This document shows, piece after piece, positions 1-9,575 of a stretch of DNA of 64,000 nucleotides. This stretch comes from Ilumatobacteraceae bacterium (GTDB lineage Bacteria; Actinomycetota; Acidimicrobiia; Acidimicrobiales; Ilumatobacteraceae): positions 351-64,350 of the forward strand of contig JAHEKY010000007.1 of assembly GCA_024644465.1 (NCBI GenBank), given 5' to 3'. The translations under genes and the position numbers were made by a program. A model generated the notes under the pieces. The model had not been told where the DNA came from and searched no databases. It saw nothing but the letters and a program-made list of their open reading frames with translations. Each line of letters starts with the position of its first letter. The stretch's first letter is position 1.

Positions 1-315
1 GGCTGTTGGTACACCGCCGGCTTCGAGACCACCGTCGACACTCCGAGCGGCGTGTACCAGGAGGTCGGCGAGGAGTGGTTCGTCGGCTGCCTCGTTCAGG
101 ACGGCGAGGAGATTGCCTGCGGGACGTTCGACACCACCTATCGCTTCACCGCAAAGTTCACCGAGGACGGACAGCAGCACGGCCGTTGCCAGCATCCGAT
201 CGTGAAGGGATCCGGAACCGGCGACTTCGAGGGCGCAACGGGGCGGGTCGACTTCAAGGACAACGTCGCGCTCGGCAACTTCGACGTGCGCGGTCACATC
301 GGTCTCGGCCGCTGA
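1..315 (+). CDS. Hypothetical beta-rich protein, 5'-partial (C-terminal GSGTGDFEGATG motif, DUF3224/AOC-barrel-like)
   Basis: Frame is open from base 1 (GCWYTAGFETT...) to TGA at 315, with GC3-biased codons. Confidence 0.6.
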   Translation, partial: GCWYTAGFETTVDTPSGVYQEVGEEWFVGCLVQDGEEIACGTFDTTYRFTAKFTEDGQQHGRCQHPIVKGSGTGDFEGATGRVDFKDNVALGNFDVRGHIGLGR

Positions 316-378
316 TCGGTCCGGGCCCGCGCCCCGGCCGCCTACCAGGTGCGCCACCAACAGAAAAGGATGCAAACA

Positions 379-843
379 ATGAAACAGCTACTCATTCCAT
401 TCGCAGCAGTCGCCGCGATGTTCATGCCAGCCTCGGTGCTCGCGCACGGCGGGCCGCCCGTCGATGTGTCCACCGACACGGCGAGGATCCAAGAAGTTCA
501 GCTCTTCGCTGGACCGTGCGGAGGGGGACCTGGCCTGGTCACCTTGGACTACCGCAACAAGGTCCACGTCACCGAGTTCGCCGACGGGCACGTCAATTTC
601 TCGGCGAACTCTGCCGGAACGTTCGCGTTCGAACCGTTCGATCCCACGGAACCCAGTGCAACCGGCCGCTTCCGAAACGGCTTCAGCGTCGTGGAGACAC
701 AGAACTCGTTCAGCAATCCGAGCGTGTTCGTCGTGGTCGGTACGGACGAGAACGGCGACCAGCTCAGGTTCCGGATCAGCAGCCAGTTCGTCGTCTCCAA
801 CGGTGACGTTCGCGTCGACAACTTCTCGGTTGCCTGCGGCTGA
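379..843 (+). CDS. Secreted hypothetical protein
   Basis: AAAGGA RBS before ATG 379; signal peptide MKQLLIPFAAVAAMFMPASVLA. Confidence 0.7.
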   Translation: MKQLLIPFAAVAAMFMPASVLAHGGPPVDVSTDTARIQEVQLFAGPCGGGPGLVTLDYRNKVHVTEFADGHVNFSANSAGTFAFEPFDPTEPSATGRFRNGFSVVETQNSFSNPSVFVVVGTDENGDQLRFRISSQFVVSNGDVRVDNFSVACG

Positions 844-850
844 GCGACCC

Positions 851-878
851 CCGGTGTCAGGTTCGACCCTGACACCGG
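851..878. repeat. Perfect 11-bp inverted repeat (terminator or REP-like)
   Basis: CCGGTGTCAGG-ttcgac-CCTGACACCGG immediately after the stop at 843. Confidence 0.7.
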
Positions 879-1078
879 GTCGCGCGCAGCCTGATGAACG
901 CTGAGGTTCGAGTGCGGAACAGATCGCTGTGGCCGCCGCGCCGACCAGCTCCCCTCGGTGACCGCCTCGCTGGTCAGTAGACGTGACAGGTGCGCAGAAA
1001 CCTCGAGCGTCCGAACGGGGTGCGAAAATGTTCAGGATCCGGTGTACACGAAAACGCGTGTGAGATCGTTCTGTTCTC

Positions 1079-1564
1079 GTGACATCCGACCACATCGCTG
1101 AGTTCAGCGCCTTCTACGAATCGTCGAAGGACGAATGTCTACGCGCCGCTGCCGTCTCGATGGCGAACGCCGAGGCGCCCGATGACCTGGTGGCCGAGGC
1201 GTTCAGCCGCGCCTGGGACCAGTGGCCATCGGTGCGCGTCCATCCCGCACCACGCGCCTGGGTACTGCGCACCGCCCTGAACCTCCACCGCGACGAATGG
1301 CGTCGCCGCTCGCGTCCGCTCCGGCTCGTCACGGAGCAGCCGACGGAGGCGGACTGGCTCCCGCTCGACCCTCGGATCCCGGAGGCGGTCGAGCAACTCT
1401 CCGAACGTCAACGCCAGGTACTCGTCTACCGGGTGCTGCTCGGCCTGTCGACCGCCGAGACGGCGGCGGAAATCGGCATCGACGCCTCCACCGTGCCGGT
1501 TCACCTCCGGCGCGCCCTGTCCGCGCTGCGCACCTCCCCGCTGATCCAAGGAGTCTCCCGATGA
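1079..1564 (+). CDS. ECF RNA polymerase sigma factor
   Basis: Region 2 (DDLVAEAFSRAW, AWVLRTALN) and region 4 (LSERQRQVL...STAETAAEIGIDASTV). Confidence 0.85.
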   Translation: MTSDHIAEFSAFYESSKDECLRAAAVSMANAEAPDDLVAEAFSRAWDQWPSVRVHPAPRAWVLRTALNLHRDEWRRRSRPLRLVTEQPTEADWLPLDPRIPEAVEQLSERQRQVLVYRVLLGLSTAETAAEIGIDASTVPVHLRRALSALRTSPLIQGVSR

Positions 1565-2331
1565 ACCTGCACGAACCCGCGAACGACGTGATCACCGAAC
1601 TCGATCCCGACGATGCCGCAACGGTCGTCGCTCTCCGCGAACTGCTCGCCGGCGTCACCCTCGACCGACCGGTCGACGAGATCATCGGACGTACTGCGGC
1701 GCGCTCCTCCCGCTCGCGGTGGATGCTGCTCGCAGCCGCCGCCGTGGCGTGCGGCGTGGCGGGTGGCGTCATCCTCACCGGAACCGGTGGCGGCCCGAGC
1801 AACATCGCGCTGGCGGAGTGGACCGCGACACCGGTGCCGGTCACGGCCGGCGATCGTGCCGCCGTCGAAGCCACGTGCGAGCAGGCGGTCGCTGCGTCCG
1901 GGCGCGAAGCTGCCGGCAGCCGCCTTCCCGATGCCCCCCAGTTCGACGGTGCGTTGATCGACCAGCGAGGCGCCCTCGCGGCGGTGGTACGTCGCGACGC
2001 TTCCATCGACCTGACCTGCACGGTGCACCGGAAGCAAGGCCGGTGGGAGCTGCTCGCAGCGACGATCGGTGCTGGGAGCGACCCCACGCAGGTCGCCGTC
2101 ACGTTCGTCACCAACCCCGATGCGGTGATCAACATCGTGCACGGTGCCGCACGAGGTGCCGCAGCCGTCGAGGTCGACATTCCGGACTCGCCGACGGCGA
2201 ACGCCACGGTCGTCGACGGCCAGTTCCTGGCGTGGCTCCCCGCCACGTTCGACTGGACCGAGGATCCGTCGGCGATCACGATTCGATTTCTCGACGCCGC
2301 CGGCGCAGTGATGTCGACGACGCATCCCTGA
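1561..2331 (+). CDS. Putative anti-sigma membrane protein
   Basis: ATGA overlap with the sigma factor stop; single TM helix (WMLLAAAAVACGVAGGVIL) followed by an extracytoplasmic domain with a Cys pair. Confidence 0.65.
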   Translation: MNLHEPANDVITELDPDDAATVVALRELLAGVTLDRPVDEIIGRTAARSSRSRWMLLAAAAVACGVAGGVILTGTGGGPSNIALAEWTATPVPVTAGDRAAVEATCEQAVAASGREAAGSRLPDAPQFDGALIDQRGALAAVVRRDASIDLTCTVHRKQGRWELLAATIGAGSDPTQVAVTFVTNPDAVINIVHGAARGAAAVEVDIPDSPTANATVVDGQFLAWLPATFDWTEDPSAITIRFLDAAGAVMSTTHP

Positions 2332-2399
2332 GCTCCCCGCACACACTCCCCCGGCGCGGCCGACGTGACATCGGCCCGGCCGGCGGGCACAATGGACAC

Positions 2400-2621
2400 A
2401 TGGAAGTCAGCCCGGTGGTTGCGGCGCTCGACAAGGTGCTCCGTGAGCACCAGCCCTTCCGCGACGACCCGGACGACACCGAACCCGAGCGTCAACACAT
2501 CCTCTACTGGTGGTCGGTGCCCGAGCGGCGCGGCGTCGGCACGGCGATGCTCAAGGGCACGCTCGTCTGGTTCGTTTCACTCGTGGCGCTCGTCGCCGTG
2601 ATCGGCGCGTTCGCTCGCTGA
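2400..2621 (+). CDS. Small membrane protein
   Basis: MEVSPVV... with a C-terminal TM helix; CACAAT -10-like hexamer 6 nt upstream. Confidence 0.5.
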   Translation: MEVSPVVAALDKVLREHQPFRDDPDDTEPERQHILYWWSVPERRGVGTAMLKGTLVWFVSLVALVAVIGAFAR

Positions 2622-2641
2622 CGCTGCCGTCGACGCCGCTG

Positions 2642-3964
2642 TCAACCGCCGAGCAGTGCGCCGACGTCGATCGTCGGTACACCGTCGACGAGCGTCCGTG
2701 TGCCGAGTGGCGAGTCGAGCGGCACGGTCACGGCCGTCTCGGGGTTGCCGGGACAGAGCACCCCACCGACCTTGCTGATCGCAGCGAACGCGATCAGCAC
2801 CTGAATGTCGGTCTCGACGACCTGCGGACCGAGCAGCCGCTCCCCCATCGGTTCGCCTGACGCGCACCCGTCCTCGGTGACGAGCAGATGGACCTCGGTC
2901 GCCTCCGACGTGGGCTCCGGTGTCGCCGGATCGAGCCTCCAGCTCACGCTGCCGAGCCCGTCCGGGAGGACCGGCTGCCGCTGACACCCACCAAGGCCCA
3001 GGGCCGACCATCCCGCTGCCGTGCGCCGCAACGAGACCGCGCGAACGCCCACGCCGTCCGCGCTCGGGCGTCCGAGGACCATCGACTCGTCGTCTTCGTG
3101 GAGGATGAACCAGCCGGTGGCCGACCGCACGAGCGGCGCCGCGTTCTCCAGTGCCTCCCGGACATCGTCGCGGGCGGCGTCGTCGAGCGGCGGAGCGTCG
3201 CGGAAGGCGGCGAGCGGGAGCACGACACCTTCACACCCGATCAGCGTGTCGAGCGGCGGGTCACCCACGATGGCAATGTCGAGCTCGTCGCCGGGCTGGG
3301 GCCTCGGCCGGCCGGGGTCGACGAGCGGGCCTTCGACGCAGACGAGGTCGGGGTCGACCAGCTCGGCGAGCTCGACGAGGCCGGCCGCAGTCGGCTCGGC
3401 GAGGGTGATCACCCACCGACTGCGCCGCACGTCGACCGTTGCCGCCGCGATTCCGACACCGGCTTCCTGCAGTGTCTCCCAGTACCCGTCGGTCGCCTGG
3501 AGGATCTCATCCGGCGTCCGCTCGACACGCACGACATCCCATACGACGTCCCACTCGCCGAGCGGGCGCGTGTCGGTGATCTCCGGCGGCGGCTCGATCG
3601 CGGGGATGTCATCCGGCGACGGCGACCGCCCGGCGAGCGCCGCTCGGTGCGGCTCGGGGTCGTCGGTGAATGCGATCGCATACGTGCCGCCCGCATCGTG
3701 GTCGATCCATCCGGCGCTGTACACGTCCGGGTGCTCGGCGGCATAGGTGATCACGACGCCGATGAACGTGGGGCCGGGCCCGGAGATGCTCCCGTCACCG
3801 GTGATGCCGGCGGTCACCGCCGGGATCTCCTCGCACAGCGCGACGCGGGGCGGGGCACCCGCCGCCGTCTCCCTGCCGGCCGCTTCGGACGACGCCGCCT
3901 CATCCGCACCACAGGCAACGGCCACGAGCATCGTGAGCAGGAGCGGAGACCGCCGTCGTCCCAT
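2642..3964 (-). CDS. Hypothetical lipoprotein
   Basis: Lipobox-like LVAVAC; acidic Cys-containing extracellular sequence. Confidence 0.7.
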   Translation of the reverse strand: MGRRRSPLLLTMLVAVACGADEAASSEAAGRETAAGAPPRVALCEEIPAVTAGITGDGSISGPGPTFIGVVITYAAEHPDVYSAGWIDHDAGGTYAIAFTDDPEPHRAALAGRSPSPDDIPAIEPPPEITDTRPLGEWDVVWDVVRVERTPDEILQATDGYWETLQEAGVGIAAATVDVRRSRWVITLAEPTAAGLVELAELVDPDLVCVEGPLVDPGRPRPQPGDELDIAIVGDPPLDTLIGCEGVVLPLAAFRDAPPLDDAARDDVREALENAAPLVRSATGWFILHEDDESMVLGRPSADGVGVRAVSLRRTAAGWSALGLGGCQRQPVLPDGLGSVSWRLDPATPEPTSEATEVHLLVTEDGCASGEPMGERLLGPQVVETDIQVLIAFAAISKVGGVLCPGNPETAVTVPLDSPLGTRTLVDGVPTIDVGALLGG

Positions 3965-4070
3965 GACGCCATCCTTGCCGACCGTCGCCCGGCAATGGTG
4001 GCGGACCTCGATCGACGTCGCCGAAGGGAGCTACTCTCGGCGCATCGACGACGACACGGGAGGTAGATCG

Positions 4071-4661
4071 ATGGTCGGACGGTGCATCGCAACAATCGCG
4101 GCCGGGGTGCTGGTGTTCAGCGCATGCGGCTCGAGCGACGACGACTCGGGTGCGGTCGCCACCGAGCCGCCTGCGGCCGCCGAGACCGACCCGCCGACCG
4201 GCGACGACCCCGAAGCGGCGCTCGACGACCTGCAGGATGCCGTCGACGACATCGCCGACGACCTCGAGGCGACCCAGGACGCCGTCGGCGGAGGCGGAGC
4301 GACGCTCGTCGCCAATGGGCAGACATGGGTCTTCCCCAGCGTGCTCTGCGCGTTCGGCGAGGACCAGATCGGCCAGCCCGGAGCCGTGTTCAACATGTCC
4401 GCCATCGCCGACGGTCTGCAGCTCTACGCGTCGATCGACGACAACGGCGAGAGCCACAGCCTGAGCCTCAACGACATCCAGGACTTCGAGAACCCGTCGG
4501 TCGCCCTCACGATGGACAAGTTCGTCATCCAACTCGTCGATGCGCCGAACGACTTCCTCCAACTCGACGGCAAGCAGCTCACTGCCGACGTGGTGATGAT
4601 CGACGACGTCACCGACCTGCCGACTCCGGAACCCGCACAGCTGACCGCCACCTGTCCTTGA
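4071..4661 (+). CDS. Hypothetical lipoprotein
   Basis: GGAGG RBS; lipobox VFSAC followed by an acidic linker. Confidence 0.7.
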   Translation: MVGRCIATIAAGVLVFSACGSSDDDSGAVATEPPAAAETDPPTGDDPEAALDDLQDAVDDIADDLEATQDAVGGGGATLVANGQTWVFPSVLCAFGEDQIGQPGAVFNMSAIADGLQLYASIDDNGESHSLSLNDIQDFENPSVALTMDKFVIQLVDAPNDFLQLDGKQLTADVVMIDDVTDLPTPEPAQLTATCP

Positions 4662-4670
4662 GCCGGGTGG

Positions 4671-6032
4671 TCAGACGACTCCGAACGCGAGCATCGCGTC
4701 GGCGACCTTGACGAAGCCGGCGATGTTCGCACCGCGGACGTAGTCGACGTGGCCGTCCCCACCCGGCACTGCCCCGTACGCGACGCAGCGCTCGTGGATG
4801 CCGCGCATGATGTCGATCAGGTGCTGGCGGAGTTGCTCCTCGCTCCATGAGATGCGTGCCGAGTTCTGGCTCATCTCCAAGCCGGACACCGCGACACCGC
4901 CGGCGTTCGCCGCCTTGCCCGGCGCGAACAGGATGCGCTCGTCCTTGAAGACGTGCACACCGTCGAGGTCGGTCGGCATGTTCGCGCCCTCGGCGACCGC
5001 GATGCACCCGTTCGCGACGAGCGTTCGCGCGTCGTCGCCAGTCAGCTCGTTCTGCGTCGCGCACGGCAGCGCGAGCTCGCACGGCACCGCCCAGGGCCGC
5101 TGGCCCGCGTGGAACGTGGCACCGGGGAACCGGTCGACGTACTCGGCGATGCGACCGCGACGGTTCGACTTCAGTGCCTTCACCCATGCCAGCTTCTCGG
5201 CGTCGATCCCGCTCGGATCGTGGACGAATCCGTCGGAGTCGGACAACGTCACCACCTTCGCGCCCAACTGGCTCAGCTTCTCGGCGGCGTGCAGCGCCAC
5301 GTTGCCCGAACCGGACACGACGGCGACCTTGCCCTCGACCGTGTCGCCGCGCCGCTCCAGCATGTCCTGCAGGAAGTACACGACGCCGTAGCCGGTCGCC
5401 TCTGGGCGGATCAGGCTGCCGCCGAACTCGAGGGCCTTGCCGGTCAGCACACCGGTGAACTGGTTCGTGATCCGCTTGTACTGCCCGAACATGAACCCGA
5501 TCTCGCGCGGGCCGACACCGATGTCGCCCGCCGGCACGTCGACGTCGGCGCCGACATGGCGATACAGCTCGGTCATGAACGACTGGCAGAAGCGCATCAC
5601 CTCGTGGTCGGACTTGCCCCGCGGGTTGAAGTTCGCACCGCCTTTCGCGCCGCCCATCGGCAGGCCGGTCAGGCTGTTCTTGAACGTCTGCTCGAACGCG
5701 AGGAACTTGAGGATGCTCTCGGTGACCGACGGGTGGAACCGCAGGCCGCCCTTGTACGGGCCGATCGCGTTGTTGTTCTGGACCCGCCACCCCCGCTGCA
5801 CCCGGATGTTGCCGTTGTCGTCTTCCCAGCACACCCGGAAGCTGACGACCCGATCGGGCTCCGCGATGCGCCGCAGGATCTGGTACTCGTGGTACTGCTC
5901 CTTGTCGGCGATGTAGTCGAACACGTCCTCGGCCACTTCGCGCACCGCCTGCACGTACTCCGGCTGCCCGGGGTTGCGCTTGTGCACGCCGGCGACGAAC
6001 CGTTCCAGGTCGACATGATCCGTCACGCTCAT
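4671..6032 (-). CDS. gdhA: NADP-specific glutamate dehydrogenase
   Basis: GPYKGGLRFHP, KNSLTGLPMGGAKGG, DVPAGDIGVG, RPEATGYG, EGANMP, GKAANAGGV motifs. Confidence 0.96.
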   Translation of the reverse strand: MSVTDHVDLERFVAGVHKRNPGQPEYVQAVREVAEDVFDYIADKEQYHEYQILRRIAEPDRVVSFRVCWEDDNGNIRVQRGWRVQNNNAIGPYKGGLRFHPSVTESILKFLAFEQTFKNSLTGLPMGGAKGGANFNPRGKSDHEVMRFCQSFMTELYRHVGADVDVPAGDIGVGPREIGFMFGQYKRITNQFTGVLTGKALEFGGSLIRPEATGYGVVYFLQDMLERRGDTVEGKVAVVSGSGNVALHAAEKLSQLGAKVVTLSDSDGFVHDPSGIDAEKLAWVKALKSNRRGRIAEYVDRFPGATFHAGQRPWAVPCELALPCATQNELTGDDARTLVANGCIAVAEGANMPTDLDGVHVFKDERILFAPGKAANAGGVAVSGLEMSQNSARISWSEEQLRQHLIDIMRGIHERCVAYGAVPGGDGHVDYVRGANIAGFVKVADAMLAFGVV

Positions 6033-6580
6033 CGCTCGTACCCCCTCTGCTCTCCACCAGCGTAGGTGCCCGATCCGACCCCCGGTGACGAACCGAGCGC
6101 GAGCGTCCACCACAGCACCAGCGCGAGCGCCGACAGCAGGTGCCACACGCCGTGCAACTGGACAACGGAGTCCGGGTCGCACAGTGCGCCGCCGGTCCGT
6201 CCGAGCGTCCACGCCGCCGCCGCTGCCGCAACGACGCCGAGGAGCACGACGAGGGCGCTGTGACGCACCGTCGTCCGCTGAACGAGTCTCGAGATCGTGA
6301 CGACGACCACGAACGTCGCGGTCGCCAGGATCGGCACGTCGTGCATCAGGCTCGCACCGCTCGGCTGCGGGCCGTGGAACACGACGCTGCCCGCACCGAC
6401 CGCCACGAGCAACGCGGCGAACACGAGCGACGTTGCTCGCGGTGCGTCGCGTCGTCGGGCCGCACCGGCGATCCACACTCCGACCACGACGAAGGACAGG
6501 CTCGTCACCGCATTGACCGGCTGCGCGAGCAGGCCGTCACGGAGGAACTCGCAGTCGGAGTCGCCGAGCGCGACCAGCAT
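6029..6580 (-). CDS. Ceramidase-like (CREST superfamily) membrane protein
   Basis: DCE...QPVNAVTSL, SxxxH (GSVVFHG) and HxxxH (LHGVWH) motifs in a multi-TM protein; stop overlaps the gdhA start. Confidence 0.65.
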   Translation of the reverse strand: MLVALGDSDCEFLRDGLLAQPVNAVTSLSFVVVGVWIAGAARRRDAPRATSLVFAALLVAVGAGSVVFHGPQPSGASLMHDVPILATATFVVVVTISRLVQRTTVRHSALVVLLGVVAAAAAAWTLGRTGGALCDPDSVVQLHGVWHLLSALALVLWWTLALGSSPGVGSGTYAGGEQRGYER

Positions 6581-7022
6581 CCCGAACACGACGCTCGACC
6601 GTACCGGAGCCACACCGCGGGTGTCGGACGATCGACCGGCGACGGGGACGAACAATCCACGACGACGGTCGGCGCCTACTTCACCGCCGACCGCGATGCG
6701 AACACGATCACGGTGACCGCAAATGGCGCACCGCATCATCCTACGAACGGCTCCGATCGAGCGATTCGTTCCAATCGACGATGTCAGTTTTCGCGCTGTG
6801 CTTCCTCGGGCCGCTCGCGATCGCGATCAACGAGGTCCTCGTCGAGATGTGACGGTGCCCAGCGGGCTCTATTCGGTCAAATATGCCGAGTTGCCCGGGC
6901 CAACCTGGACGTGAATTCAGGGTGTGACTGAAGCACGCACCGGCGAAAGGGGCCGGAAACGTAAGATGCGATGAAGCGACTCGACCGCGGGGCCGTCCCG
7001 GCCGAGTCGCAGGAGGGTCGAC

Positions 7023-9521
7023 ATGACGGGTCGCACGGTGCGCTGGCTGTGGCTGGTACCGGCGACGCTGCTCGCCGTGCTCCTCGGCGCCGCGACCCCC
7101 ACGGCGGCGCAGACAGCGCCGGACCCCGGCGACCAGGGCGACATCCCGATCGCGGAGTCGCGCGGCACGAACCCACCGGAGGCGACCACCACCGTCAAGA
7201 TCTTCGTCGACGTCAACGAGGTCCTCGACATCAACGAACGCGACAACACGTTCCGGGTGACGCTGACCCTCACCGCCGGCTGGATCGACAAGCGGACGAT
7301 CCCCACCAATTGCCAGTCCACGGATCCGCCCGAGACCCCCACCGTCTACGACGGCGAGCGAGCAACCGAACAATTGAAGAGTTCGATCTGGTCGCCGGGC
7401 TTCTTCGTCGTCGAGGCCCTCGGCCCACGCGAGACGAGCGCAATCGCGGTGACTGCGGACTGCAACGGGATCGTGGGATACACCGAGCGGTTCACCACGA
7501 CGGTCTTCCAGCGGTTTGGCGGGTTGAACGACTTCCCATTCGACGAGCATCCGTTGTCGTTCTCCGTCGCACCGTTCGCTCAGGCCGCGCCGGGCAGCAT
7601 CGTGTTCGTGCCGCCGAACGTCGGCGGCAACGCGTTCAACTCCGACGAGTGGGTGTCGGAGGAATGGGACTTCAGCGGCACGTCCTACGCCGACCTCGTC
7701 ATCGATGAGGACAGCGCCGTCATCACAACCGTGATCCGCATCGAGCGCAAGTGGAAGTTCTACTGGCTCAATGTGATCGGGCCCCTGCTGCTCATCGTCG
7801 CAATCTCGTGGACCGTCTTCTGGATGGACCTCAACCTCGCTGAACGCCTCGGTGTGTCGATCACGATCCTGCTCACTGTCGTCGCGTTTGACTTCCTCAC
7901 GAGCGACAACCTCCCGCGGCTGTCGTACACGACCCGTCTGGACTCGTTCTACAACGTCAGCTACCTCGCGGTCGCCATGACGGTGCTGCTCAGCATCATC
8001 GCGAAGACACGCTCGCGGCGGGAGCAGCTCACGGAGGACGCGACGACCGCCGTCAATTCCGCCGAAGCCGCGCGGTCGGCGGCCACGGAGCAGCGGTCAG
8101 CGCGCGGGGTTGACGAATATTGGCGCTACTTCTACCCGGTCGCGTACACCTGTGCGGTGACACTGGCGCTCACCGGCGCGTTCAGCCCCGGCCCCGCGCA
8201 GGCCCGACCCCCCACGAACAAGGAACGAGCGGCAGGGATGGAGACGGAGGTCGCCGAGGCACTCGACCAATCAGCAAGGATCGACGACCTGCCGCTCGGC
8301 GAAGGCAGAGACGCGACGATCGAGGAGCCGGGTGACCTGCACAGCTACGAGCTGTGCGCGCCCGCTGACGGCGGCACGCTGTCGGTGAAGATGGAGCGAA
8401 CGGGCGGTGACGGCGACATGCTCGATCCGTTCCTCGCCATGTACATCAAGGAAGACGACATCGAGGAGAACGAGGTCGTTGCACCACCGTCGAGTGAGCC
8501 GCCGAACACGACCGTGGACCCCGTTCCTTCGGCGCCGGCGTCGACCGACGCGGCAACAGCTGCGACGCCGCGCTTCGTGACGGCCGACGACAACACTGCT
8601 GGAGGCCAGGACAGCATCGTCGTGTTCGAGGCGATGCCCGGCGCGTGCTACATCTTCGTCGCCGGTGACGCCGGCGACGCGACAGGGTCGTACCGGATCA
8701 CTTCGACGACCGGCATGTTCGAGCAAGGGGTATTCGAACTGTCGGACGTTCGGCTCGATCTGGGCGTCCCGCTCGACGAGCTGCGAGGCACGGCGACCGA
8801 ACTCGTCGTCGACGTACCGGTGACCGGCAGCATCGAGCAGCGGGGCGAGTTCGACGCCTACCGCCTCTGCTCCGCCGGCGGCGGCGAGGACGTGTCGGTC
8901 GTTCTGCGACGAACGGGGCCGGAGGAAGAGCTGCTCGACCCCTTCCTGCTCGTGTACGCAGACGACGGCACGCTCGTCGACGTCGACGACGACAGCGCCG
9001 GCGGCCTCGACAGCATCGTGGTCGTCCCGGTCACCGAGAACGAATGCCATCTCGTGATCGCGCAGGACATCGACCGGGAGGTCGGCAGCTACGAGCTGAC
9101 GGCAACGCTCGGCGCCGTCGAACTCGAGCTGCAGTCCGACATCGAGTTCGTGACCGGATTCCCGCCGGGTGAGCTGTTCGATCAGGCCGAGTCGCTGCCG
9201 ACCAGCGGAAGTCGGTCCGCCGAGTTGGACTCGCCAGGAGCCTTCGACGTATCGCGGCTGTGCGTCTCCGCGGGCGACGGCGTCGCCGGCGGCCCGTTCC
9301 AGGCGACGGCCCGGCCGACCGGCACCGAGGACCAACTCGACGACCCCGCGATCATCGTGTTCGCGGACGACGGTACGCGCGTCGCAGTCGGCAGCGACGG
9401 CGACGGTGAGTTCGGCTCGCAAGTGATGTTCGACGAGCTCGATCCGGGGTGCTACCTGGTGGTCGCAGGGTCGCCCTCCGGCGGGACCGGCAGCTTCGAG
9501 ATCGTCACCGAAACTGGGTGA
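7023..9521 (+). CDS. Pentameric ligand-gated ion channel subunit (GLIC/ELIC-like) with three C-terminal PPC-like repeats
   Basis: AGGAGG RBS; signal peptide; ECD motifs IWSPGF and FPFD; pre-M1 IERK-x-FY; M1-M3 with LP-x-LSY-x-T-x-LD in the M2-M3 loop; M4; then three LDP...DD..GG..S...GSY repeats. Confidence 0.85.
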   Translation: MTGRTVRWLWLVPATLLAVLLGAATPTAAQTAPDPGDQGDIPIAESRGTNPPEATTTVKIFVDVNEVLDINERDNTFRVTLTLTAGWIDKRTIPTNCQSTDPPETPTVYDGERATEQLKSSIWSPGFFVVEALGPRETSAIAVTADCNGIVGYTERFTTTVFQRFGGLNDFPFDEHPLSFSVAPFAQAAPGSIVFVPPNVGGNAFNSDEWVSEEWDFSGTSYADLVIDEDSAVITTVIRIERKWKFYWLNVIGPLLLIVAISWTVFWMDLNLAERLGVSITILLTVVAFDFLTSDNLPRLSYTTRLDSFYNVSYLAVAMTVLLSIIAKTRSRREQLTEDATTAVNSAEAARSAATEQRSARGVDEYWRYFYPVAYTCAVTLALTGAFSPGPAQARPPTNKERAAGMETEVAEALDQSARIDDLPLGEGRDATIEEPGDLHSYELCAPADGGTLSVKMERTGGDGDMLDPFLAMYIKEDDIEENEVVAPPSSEPPNTTVDPVPSAPASTDAATAATPRFVTADDNTAGGQDSIVVFEAMPGACYIFVAGDAGDATGSYRITSTTGMFEQGVFELSDVRLDLGVPLDELRGTATELVVDVPVTGSIEQRGEFDAYRLCSAGGGEDVSVVLRRTGPEEELLDPFLLVYADDGTLVDVDDDSAGGLDSIVVVPVTENECHLVIAQDIDREVGSYELTATLGAVELELQSDIEFVTGFPPGELFDQAESLPTSGSRSAELDSPGAFDVSRLCVSAGDGVAGGPFQATARPTGTEDQLDDPAIIVFADDGTRVAVGSDGDGEFGSQVMFDELDPGCYLVVAGSPSGGTGSFEIVTETG

Positions 9522-9575
9522 GCGCCACCGTCGAGATTGGTCTATCCTGAGATCGAAGCGGGCATTGGATCCTCA

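Noticed and set aside
6930-6985. c-di-GMP riboswitch upstream of the ion channel
   Set aside because: Only fragments (GAAA tetraloop, GGAAAC...GATGAA) resemble class I/II consensus; the required downstream elements are not visible.
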